This document shows, in pieces, positions 52,327 through 60,383 of a stretch of DNA of 64,000 bases (position 1 is its first letter; each line of letters opens with the position of its first letter). Under the pieces are notes generated by a model. That model ran no database searches. It saw nothing but the letters and a program-made list of their open reading frames with translations, and was not told the origin of the DNA. Position numbers and translations under genes: made by a program. The DNA comes from a virus (taxonomy: Duplodnaviria > Caudoviricetes), in IMG/VR virus record IMGVR_UViG_3300011560_000001, positions 96,001 to 160,000 of that record. One strand, written 5' to 3'.

Positions 52327-54222
52327 ATGGGCTTAGACGTACGTAATAACGGTAACGATAATGTAGAAATTCGTGCAGCTGAAACCCGCACCGCACAACG
52401 TGCTGATGAGGCGCTGGAAACCGCTGCAGATTTTGCCGACCGTCCTAAAGTAACTCATACGATGCGTACGATCAACCGTACACTGAGCCGTCGTATCAGC
52501 CGTAATACCGGCTCCGAGCAGGTACTGAATCTCCGTCGTCTGATGGAGAAATATCTGGAAGATACCCAGTTCAAAGACGACTTCATCTTTGTTGCGGTTG
52601 ACCCGAACCAGTACAGCGTACCGTATCCGACCCTGGTTGTTATGAGCGGTGCAAAAGTAGGTGATCATAACCACTTCTTCGGTTACGTCCTGCCGCTGGT
52701 TGCTGGTCTGGCTCCGCTGCCGCGTCGTGAAGAACAAGGTCCGCATGGTAACATTCTGGTACCGCGTACCTGGGTTGATAACCTGAACGGTACGTTCATC
52801 AACGAAGTCATGGCGGCAATGTATTCAGCTATTGGTGGTAAGTCTAACGGTACTGTTCGTATCGCTGGTCTGGCTGTGGTGACCAATGAAATCACCGCTG
52901 AATCCGCGCATCTGGCAACCACCCTGCTGTCTGCTGCAGATAACGCAATCCAAACCGCGATCGAAATCCGTCTCGGTGATAAACTGGGTCTGCCGCAGTT
53001 CAACCTGGGCATGATGGCAAGCGATCAGCCAATCAGCAGCGTTCAGTACAACACCAGCGGTATGCAGGACAGCGATATTGTTGGTAACCCTGTGCGTTCT
53101 GACATCACTGTAACTATCTCTAACCGCATCCGTCAAGCGATGAGCGATTACGATAGTCAACAGCGTCTGGTCGCCACCACCGGTTACATTGACCTGACCT
53201 ACAGCCCGCAGAACCCGACCTTCAACCAAGGCCCTGTTCTGGTTAACGGCTATCCGGTACCGCCGACTGTACAATACCAGCCGCGTTACGTGATGACCAG
53301 CGCTTACCCGCTGGAGCTGGATGCGTTCACACCGAACAGCTTCGTGCTGGGTCTGATTGGTACCATCGCTACACTGAACAGCGGTATGGCGTGGGCACAG
53401 TCTTTAATCAGCAACGCTGCTCGTGGCATCGGTCCTCATAACCCGGGTGCTCTGGCGATGGTACTGGATCCGGAAGTTACCGCACCGCTGGATCTGTCTA
53501 CTCAAACCAACGAGCAGATTTACAAGTTCCTGCAACAGGTACTGTATCCGTCTCTGCTGATTTCTATCGATGTACCGGAAGAAGGTGAATATAGCTGGTT
53601 GCTGCGTATGATCCCTGCAGCTGAGAAGATCTTTACGGGCAACGTTGACGGTAAAGTTCAAGAAATCTCCGAAGGCTATAAAGCACTCTATCGTGCATTC
53701 GATGATACTACCCTGGGTTGCTTCAGCAAGAAATATCAATACGGCCAACCGTTAGTGTACGCTACCGGTAACCGTATCCCGCTGGGTCACTACAACCACC
53801 AGGATGGCCACCGTCACGATATTCGTGATATGGACGATCTGTACATGATGAACATCACTAACCCGGATACCGTAGAAGCTTGGGAAGACAGCTTCGACCG
53901 TACCGATATGTCGATGTCTCAGCGTGTTGTCGCTCGTCACGAAATCATCGATCGTGTTCTGTCTGGTAGCTGGGAACAAACCGGCTGGGCAATGCGTTAC
54001 GATTTCGAACCGAATGCGCTTGCGGCATTGATTGAAGCGGCTGCCGAAGCTGGCTTCACCATCCGTCCTGAGAACATCCAGCATCTGGCAGGTACCGCTG
54101 TTCGTGGTAACGCAGCAGCACGTGCTCGTGGTCTGGGTAACATCTCCGGCAACATCTATGCACGTAGCGATCGTCCGAATGTTGGCGGTAACAACATGGG
54201 TGGGGCATTCAACCTGTTCTAA
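52327..54222 (+). CDS. chmA: Chimallin, major phage nuclear shell protein
   Basis: 631 aa, MGLDVRNNGNDNVEIRAAE...GGAFNLF, recognised as Goslar-type ChmA; canonical position before nvRNAP beta'; highly expressed codon bias. Confidence 0.93.
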   Translation: MGLDVRNNGNDNVEIRAAETRTAQRADEALETAADFADRPKVTHTMRTINRTLSRRISRNTGSEQVLNLRRLMEKYLEDTQFKDDFIFVAVDPNQYSVPYPTLVVMSGAKVGDHNHFFGYVLPLVAGLAPLPRREEQGPHGNILVPRTWVDNLNGTFINEVMAAMYSAIGGKSNGTVRIAGLAVVTNEITAESAHLATTLLSAADNAIQTAIEIRLGDKLGLPQFNLGMMASDQPISSVQYNTSGMQDSDIVGNPVRSDITVTISNRIRQAMSDYDSQQRLVATTGYIDLTYSPQNPTFNQGPVLVNGYPVPPTVQYQPRYVMTSAYPLELDAFTPNSFVLGLIGTIATLNSGMAWAQSLISNAARGIGPHNPGALAMVLDPEVTAPLDLSTQTNEQIYKFLQQVLYPSLLISIDVPEEGEYSWLLRMIPAAEKIFTGNVDGKVQEISEGYKALYRAFDDTTLGCFSKKYQYGQPLVYATGNRIPLGHYNHQDGHRHDIRDMDDLYMMNITNPDTVEAWEDSFDRTDMSMSQRVVARHEIIDRVLSGSWEQTGWAMRYDFEPNALAALIEAAAEAGFTIRPENIQHLAGTAVRGNAAARARGLGNISGNIYARSDRPNVGGNNMGGAFNLF

Positions 54223-54248
54223 TGGAAGAACGTTCGATGTAATCTGAC

Positions 54249-54272
54249 GGGAGGGAGGGCAACCTCCCTCCC
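54249..54272 (+). terminator. Hairpin after chmA
   Basis: ggagggagg-gcaa-cctccctcc perfect stem. Confidence 0.7.
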
Positions 54273-54314
54273 TTATACGTCCTAACGTTCTTTTTCATTT
54301 GTAGGAGATGTCCC

Positions 54315-55565
54315 ATGGCCATCATGCTCGATATCGTGAGTTTCGATAGACAGCTCGCAGAACTTCCCTTTACGCCGATTTTGTTGAACGATTACGATAC
54401 AAAAGTCGTCGAAGAGAAGAAGAAATTAAACAGTTTTATCACCCGTGTTTACTCCAGCGATACGTTGGATATCACGCCACAATGTGGGTGCGGTTTCTAC
54501 AATCGTGGTGAGCTGCTCGGCACGGTGTGTCCAAACTGTAAAACGGTTGTGACCTACCCAGCAGAACAGGAGATTCGTTCGACGGTCTGGGCGCGTGTTC
54601 CTGAAGGAATCGATGCGTTCATTAACCCGTTGGTCCATCTCGTGCTGGCAAGCGAGTTGAATATCAAAAGCTTCGAAACGATGACGTGGCTCATTGATGC
54701 CAGTTACCGTCCAAATGTAAAACGACCCATTGAACTCAAGAACTATCTGGAGCAGCAATTTGATGTATTCGGGATACGGCGTGGCGTAAATAGCTTTATA
54801 CAGAACTTCGATCGCATCATGGAGATCTTGTATAAAGGACCTACGTTACGTGGACCGAAGAACACAGAGAAAGTTGACACGCTACGAGAATTCATCCGTA
54901 TCCATCGTGATAAGTTCTTCAGTCAGTACATCAGCTTTCCTGCAGCCATGATGTTCGTTATCGAGAATACGCCAACCGGTCGTTATGCGGATAGCAAAAT
55001 GGAAGGTGCGATCGATGCTATCGGTACGTTGAATAGTATCTATCACCCAACAACACCTTTGAGCGCCAGAAAGAAAGAAAACTGGATGGCGAAAGTGCAA
55101 TTGAAGCTGCTGCAATACCACGCGGCGATTTTCGATGAGTTCATCGGTAAGAAGAAAGGTATTACACGTAAAAACATATTAGGTACATTACATCCATTCA
55201 CCACGCGTACCGTAATCAGTTCGATAACAGCGAACCATCGTTATTATCATCTGCATTTCCCATACGCACCATTTACTTTAACCAATAAAGAACATATCCA
55301 ATCCAAGTTATTCCATCGCGGTTATTCACCGAGAGCAGCACGTGCGTTCGTTGCGGAACATGTCCGTAATTATCATCCGATGATGAGCGAGCTGCACGAT
55401 GAGCTTATTGCTGATACACCGTTCGATGGGATTGTGTGTGGCTTTGTTCGAAACCCATCACTTGACCGAAGCAGTAACCAATGTCTTGAAATCACCAAGG
55501 TTAAACGCGATCCGCAGGATAACACCATCGGGTTAAGCGTGATGATCCTTAAGGGATACAACGCT
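54315..55565 (+). CDS. Non-virion RNA polymerase beta' subunit (phiKZ gp55-like), exon 1
   Basis: Zn-binding CGCG...CPNC, KKKGITRKNILG, RNPSL motifs; ends ...KGYNA just before the expected DFDGD. Confidence 0.9.
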
Positions 55566-55915
55566 TCAAATGAGGCCCTGCCTTCCGAAAGGAAGAGCTT
55601 GAATTCCGTGAATTGCTGAGACGGGCTAAAGCCACTCTGCCCTTGTGGGAGCCGATAAGGCGGAAATAAGTGAGTGGATGTTGGGAGGCTTCAACGACAG
55701 TCCTGAACCAGGATGCCACCCCAACGTACAATGTTCAATCAGCAGCCTAGCCGCCGATTATCGGTGGAAGGTTCAACGATCATGTCCCTCGAATTCGCTG
55801 AGGGTAGCGCGGAACACCCTTCGTGGGTGATGAGATGATCTCTCCGTCCTGGTAACACCAGGAGCTGCAGGTAATGCTGCGGGTATGGAGTAGCGAACCA
55901 TACTGAAGATACGTG
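55566..55915 (+). mobile_element. ORF-less group I intron A (350 nt)
   Basis: P1 gct|tca..tgaggc with U.G at the splice site; P3 ttccgtg/cgcggaa; P aattgctg, Q aatcagcag, R gttcaacgatca, S gagatgatc; terminal G before gac ttt gac. Confidence 0.88.
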
Positions 55916-55933
55916 GACTTTGACGGTGATGCC
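55916..55933 (+). CDS. nvRNAP beta' micro-exon 2 (18 nt) encoding DFDGDA
   Basis: gac ttt gac ggt gat gcc between two intron cores; joining gives NADFDGDAMNNHIVP, with the same spacing as bacterial NADFDGDQMAVHVP. Confidence 0.8.
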
Positions 55934-56290
55934 AGAGCCATGGCCTTATCTCCTGAAAAGGAGAATATGCATTCCGTGAATTGCTGGAATAGGCTAAAGC
56001 CGTTACGCCTCGTAAGAGGAACCGATAAGGTAGAAACAAGGTAACGGATGTACGCGGCTTCAATGAAAATCCCTTTAATGGGACGCCTACCGTACGTAAC
56101 AATGTCCAATCAGCAGCGAAGCTCCGTTTAGGAGAACGTTCAACGAGTAAGCGGTCTCAAGCGAGATCCAGCGCGGAAGTCCTACGTTCCATTTGGAATA
56201 TGGACATGATATACTCTCAACATCCTGGTAACACCAGGAGCTGCAGGTAATGCTGCGGATACGAAGTAGCGATTCGTATTGAAGATATTG
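55934..56290 (+). mobile_element. ORF-less group I intron B (357 nt), sister of intron A
   Basis: Same core: attccgtgaattgctg, aatcagcagc, R gttcaacgagta, S gatatactc, P3 partner cgcggaa; 36-nt identity with intron A; terminal G before atg aac aac. Confidence 0.85.
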
Positions 56291-56515
56291 ATGAACAACC
56301 ATATCGTCCCAGACATTTGGACTGCGAAACATTTCGGGAGATTCCGACCCGAACTCGGTATGATGGATAATAACGTACCTTTTAAGGTATCTAAGAAATG
56401 TGAACATCAGTCACCGGTTATTTCTACCATTGACTGTTGGTTCAACGAATTCGTGGAGGGCGATGACGTAGAACCTTATCTTGACGAAATAGAAGCAACT
56501 AACAACCATTGCTAA
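56291..56515 (+). CDS. nvRNAP beta' subunit, exon 3
   Basis: MNNHIVPD... continues the catalytic loop; spliced product is 497 aa. Confidence 0.8.
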   Translation: MNNHIVPDIWTAKHFGRFRPELGMMDNNVPFKVSKKCEHQSPVISTIDCWFNEFVEGDDVEPYLDEIEATNNHC

Positions 56516-56530
56516 AGGAGGACGCCTGTA

Positions 56531-57169
56531 ATGGCGCAAATATTTACAGGTGGACGAGACAGTTATCGTGCACTGAGGTTCGGAGAAATGTCCTCCGGTC
56601 TCGATAAAAGCTTCATGGAGTATGGTCACAAGTTGATGAATAGCCTCGGCGGCGCGAGCGAACACGTAAAGCATTTTTACGCTGAATCGTTAGCAACGTT
56701 CGATGCATTCAATCAGATAAACTATGCTGAACTCCGTAAGACTTTGCTGAGACAATCGGAGAACATCTTCCATGACGATGTGGTTATGCCATGTAACACC
56801 GTGGAAGACTTCCGTGCTGCAAACGGCATATCTCGACAACTGATCATGGCGTGCCCTGAATTACGTACGAAGGCCCAGCGTCAGCAGATCGAGGGGTATG
56901 CTGAGTGTTACACCGATCCGTTCAGTACATTCAGTAATGAACTGCATCCGGACTACATGCGTGTAACAGACGGTGTGTTGATGACCGATCCTAAAACAGA
57001 TGAAACGTGGAGTATTTCCTACGAGTTTGACGATCATGAACTCGACCTACCAGAACTGAGTATCGATGATAAAGCAATCACATTAACCAACTGGGACATG
57101 GCGCGTATTCTACTGCAAGTTCCTGATGGCGAAGACTTCACCAACATCGCCGGTGGTAAATTAGGTTAA
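56531..57169 (+). CDS. Conserved phiKZ-like hypothetical protein
   Basis: 212 aa; SD aaggagg; IEGY...Y and DYMRVTDG motifs. Confidence 0.75.
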   Translation: MAQIFTGGRDSYRALRFGEMSSGLDKSFMEYGHKLMNSLGGASEHVKHFYAESLATFDAFNQINYAELRKTLLRQSENIFHDDVVMPCNTVEDFRAANGISRQLIMACPELRTKAQRQQIEGYAECYTDPFSTFSNELHPDYMRVTDGVLMTDPKTDETWSISYEFDDHELDLPELSIDDKAITLTNWDMARILLQVPDGEDFTNIAGGKLG

Positions 57170-57183
57170 TCCATTTAATGGCT

Positions 57184-57218
57184 ACCCTCCCTGCATAAGG
57201 CGGGGAGGGTCTATGCCG
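57184..57218 (+). terminator. Hairpin + TATGCCG
   Basis: accctccctgc-ataag-gcggggagggt then ctatgccg, with no U-tract. Confidence 0.55.
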
Positions 57219-57250
57219 CACGCAATCTTAAATTGAAAACGAGGACAATC

Positions 57251-58048
57251 ATGGGTGTAAAACGCACTTCTCCGGGTTATCGTCGCATTGCGAGCTTAGC
57301 AACCCAAGAGGATATTATTTACCGTATCGAACACGATAAGTTAGAATTTACCATGAACGACGCAGCCAATATCTGCGGGCGTTTAAACATTGAACGAGAT
57401 AGCAGTAATGCGATGTATGTTGCCGCATTGTACTTTAATGGGCAGCTGATCGAAACGAGTTTCAGTGTTGATCGCTTTGAGGATACCAGTAGTAGCGCGA
57501 AATCACTGATGACAAACATGTTCATCCGTACGTATTTACGTACGCGTATCTCACGTTACGTTGGAAACGGTTTATCGGAAACAGAAGAGCATGGCTTACG
57601 TCGCGGACTTTATAAATTGCTTTTAGAACTGCTGCCTACGCGGTATGGTATCACGGTTCCTGATGTGGATGATGCGTACTGGCGTGATACATTGGATTGG
57701 ATGTTGTATCAGATTTCCGAGACGACCTCCGACCTTCGTTATACCCGAAGCCTAAAAGGAGGGAGCTATGCGGTATATCGTAGCCTTCGCTATAATGAAC
57801 AGCAGCATAAAGCGATGATAATTACCCGTCTCGTCTTCACGGTGAAAAGCGGGTTAGGGGACACCGCTAACATAGAACCTTTCTCCGAGAAAAGCCAGTA
57901 TACGACTCACCTCATCGAACCCGTCGATTGTGTTACTGACGATCATACGCTCGATCGCTATGCACGACAGATCTGGCAGACGCTGACGTTACCGCATATG
58001 GACATCGGTCTTCAGTCGTATACGCATCGTGATAGGAGAACACGTTAA
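57251..58048 (+). CDS. Hypothetical protein
   Basis: SD gagga before ATG 57251. Confidence 0.7.
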   Translation: MGVKRTSPGYRRIASLATQEDIIYRIEHDKLEFTMNDAANICGRLNIERDSSNAMYVAALYFNGQLIETSFSVDRFEDTSSSAKSLMTNMFIRTYLRTRISRYVGNGLSETEEHGLRRGLYKLLLELLPTRYGITVPDVDDAYWRDTLDWMLYQISETTSDLRYTRSLKGGSYAVYRSLRYNEQQHKAMIITRLVFTVKSGLGDTANIEPFSEKSQYTTHLIEPVDCVTDDHTLDRYARQIWQTLTLPHMDIGLQSYTHRDRRTR

Positions 58049-58066
58049 TCCAACATTTTTCACGGC

Positions 58067-58082
58067 TATATTACCTAGGTGA
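58067..58082 (+). promoter_or_regulatory. Early-type promoter TATATTACCTAGGTGA
   Basis: Identical 16-mer to the chimallin promoter; intergenic. Confidence 0.75.
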
Positions 58083-58167
58083 TGTACAACATCAATCGAC
58101 TGTATAAGGCATATCACATTGTCCTTATATTGGAAATCAAATCCTAACAAAATCCGAGGATAGTAAA

Positions 58168-58632
58168 ATGACTTTAGCACAAGAAACCCAAATTCTGTTT
58201 ATCCTGTCTCTCATCCTGGGCGCAGGTCTTATCATTTATTTAGCAGTAGCGGGTATGCGGTTACGTGAAGATGATAAACTCTATCAGATGACCGCCAACT
58301 GGTTATTACGTCGTATCAACAAAGACTACGACAGCAGCTACCGTGAATTACTCGACAATCTGTCCAAAGATTGGACTCGCGCTTACGCTTACCCTGTTCG
58401 CCGTATGGCACAGCTGAGCAAGAAGTGGTTCAAAGCCAATCCGCGCACGACAATCAAACTCAACGGTGTGGAACAAGCAAAGGTAATGACTTGGTTACTT
58501 AACTTCGAACAGTATCCTGAAAATTGGAAAGTAGCTAAGATTCGTACAACCCGTTCCCTGGATGAAGTTATTCGTTTGGCGGCAGAGTTGCGCGGTCGTA
58601 ATGTTAACGACGTTATCGCAGCATTGGTTTAA
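58168..58632 (+). CDS. Membrane-anchored hypothetical protein
   Basis: N-terminal TM helix ILFILSLILGAGLIIYLAVAGM; own promoter and terminator. Confidence 0.75.
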   Translation: MTLAQETQILFILSLILGAGLIIYLAVAGMRLREDDKLYQMTANWLLRRINKDYDSSYRELLDNLSKDWTRAYAYPVRRMAQLSKKWFKANPRTTIKLNGVEQAKVMTWLLNFEQYPENWKVAKIRTTRSLDEVIRLAAELRGRNVNDVIAALV

Positions 58633-58641
58633 ATACATCTG

Positions 58642-58693
58642 TGGTCTCTCCCTACCTTCGGGTGGGGAGGGACTACCCATTCTTTTTATTTTT
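58642..58693 (+). terminator. Intrinsic terminator
   Basis: gtctctccctacc-ttcg-ggtggggagggac followed by a T-rich tract. Confidence 0.75.
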
Positions 58694-58749
58694 GTAACTT
58701 TCTACGAATTTCCACCACTCTATGAAATGAAAAGCTTGGGGAGAACAGA

Positions 58750-59199
58750 ATGATTCATTTTGATGGTAATAGCAGCCAGCATTTTTCCTTTGAGGTCGAA
58801 CGCACAAACAATACCTTGGTCGGACGTTTCGGTGATGGTAACACGCCCTTGTTTACCTACACGTACATGCTCAATAATGAACAACCGATGCGAATTAACG
58901 CAACCAACTTCATGGCGGCGTTATGGGTGGTCTACGGACTTAAAGTTGCCAACAGTAAATCGTACGCTTACAATAACTTTTTTCATGCTTGGTGGCAGCT
59001 TGAGTGTTATAATCGATTAAAGATTCCCACACCTAAACATCCGGTGGAGTTGTCCGATATTGTTTATTTGGACTGTGGGTATATCGATATGCATACGCGA
59101 ACATTTTACGCACCACGCACCAATGTATCCACGCCTGTCGAACTGAAGTTAGGGCATATGCCTAACTACGATAGATTGGTTGGAATGAATTACGCTTAA
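58750..59199 (+). CDS. Hypothetical protein
   Basis: 149 aa; SD ggag. Confidence 0.6.
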   Translation: MIHFDGNSSQHFSFEVERTNNTLVGRFGDGNTPLFTYTYMLNNEQPMRINATNFMAALWVVYGLKVANSKSYAYNNFFHAWWQLECYNRLKIPTPKHPVELSDIVYLDCGYIDMHTRTFYAPRTNVSTPVELKLGHMPNYDRLVGMNYA

Positions 59200-59212
59200 A
59201 GAGGAGTTCCTC

Positions 59213-59620
59213 ATGGCATCGAATCCGTTACCTGGACTGTCGAGCTTTTTAACCGCGTCAGGAAAAAAGCTGGATGGGTTAATGACCAATTTCGCAATAT
59301 CGAATTATTCCCAGTCGTATTGCTATCAAGGTTCCATCGTTTCACTACCGTACCTCATTGCAACATCGCAGTATAGCGCACCCAAATTGGAAGATGCGAC
59401 ATACCGGATGTTGTATGATTATTTAATGCGTTATTACGATCGTGTGGAATTGAAAGTCCGTGTCAAGTATATCGATCCGACGACGGAACGTGTCGATCTC
59501 CAGATTGGCGGGATTGTCACAGAGAAAGGTATATCGTACGATTTGGGCGGTGTTCTGCGATCCGAGCGTGGTAATTTTGTCAAGTGGCAGGAGGAAGTAA
59601 ATGAAGGCGCACCAAACTAA
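59213..59620 (+). CDS. Conserved phiKZ-like hypothetical protein
   Basis: 135 aa; SD gaggag; SNYSQS motif. Confidence 0.7.
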   Translation: MASNPLPGLSSFLTASGKKLDGLMTNFAISNYSQSYCYQGSIVSLPYLIATSQYSAPKLEDATYRMLYDYLMRYYDRVELKVRVKYIDPTTERVDLQIGGIVTEKGISYDLGGVLRSERGNFVKWQEEVNEGAPN

Positions 59621-60383
59621 CAGTAACGTTAGCGAAGGAACGGATTTATTGGGGTATCCGGCCGGGGTAGTGGTTGTAAATGAAGAAGAACGTATTCGTC
59701 GCGCTCAGGATCCGTCCATCCCGAAAACACGACCGGACATGTGGCAGGAGCTGGTAGACAACAGCGAGCTTCTACGAAAAGGTTTACAGGAGATGACGCG
59801 CCCCAACATCCTGCCTGAATCGCTGTTTGTTAAACATTTCTTGTATCCGTTCGCAGGAATGTTTTCTCAGGATCCTGAATACGCGGAGATGCTGAGTAAC
59901 AGTACCATTGTTCACGATTGGTGTAAGATAGCAGGTCAGCCACATCGTGCCGTTAATATTGTCGCTGACGGGAATAACAACAAGGTTCTGTTTACGGTAC
60001 CGGCTATCTTTATCAGGACGCGTTCATACATCAATCGTGACCCCAACACGTGTTTCCTCGCGATGGTGGATAAAGCACGTCGACAGTATAACTTCAATCC
60101 TGAAAGCGCAAAAGCGTATGTTGACCATCAGCTTGATCGCTTTGCCCCGAATGAAAGCAAAGACCATGTTGTTGCTGATTACGTGCAATGGCTTCGGATT
60201 TTTGACCATTACAACGTACCTCTTTACGATGTTCGTGATGGTTCGCGTCGTACGGTAAAAGAGCGCGGGTTATTAAATGGATTGAATCTAGCCAGAACAT
60301 CCGCAACAACAGCGTCGGCGAGCAGTAGAAACATGTCGTCTACGACGGGGACTATTAGCAGCAGCGATTTAGAGGAATTCTGA
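59601..60383 (+). CDS. Conserved phiKZ-like hypothetical protein
   Basis: 260 aa; SD ggagga; VLFTVPA motif. Confidence 0.7.
   Translation: MKAHQTNSNVSEGTDLLGYPAGVVVVNEEERIRRAQDPSIPKTRPDMWQELVDNSELLRKGLQEMTRPNILPESLFVKHFLYPFAGMFSQDPEYAEMLSNSTIVHDWCKIAGQPHRAVNIVADGNNNKVLFTVPAIFIRTRSYINRDPNTCFLAMVDKARRQYNFNPESAKAYVDHQLDRFAPNESKDHVVADYVQWLRIFDHYNVPLYDVRDGSRRTVKERGLLNGLNLARTSATTASASSRNMSSTTGTISSSDLEEF

Noticed and set aside
54315-55619. nvRNAP beta' as a truncated pseudogene lacking DFDGD
   Set aside because: The motif is at 55916 and the frame is restored by removing two group I introns; the last 17 codons of the ORF-track call are intron sequence
55847-56258. 36-nt direct repeat as a CRISPR mini-array
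   Set aside because: Only two copies 376 nt apart, each embedded in the 3' domain of a group I intron; no cas genes
55549-56407. Short ORFs on both strands, two sharing the peptide RSITCSSWCYQD
   Set aside because: Shadow frames of the intron RNAs; the shared peptide is the 36-nt intron repeat read antisense
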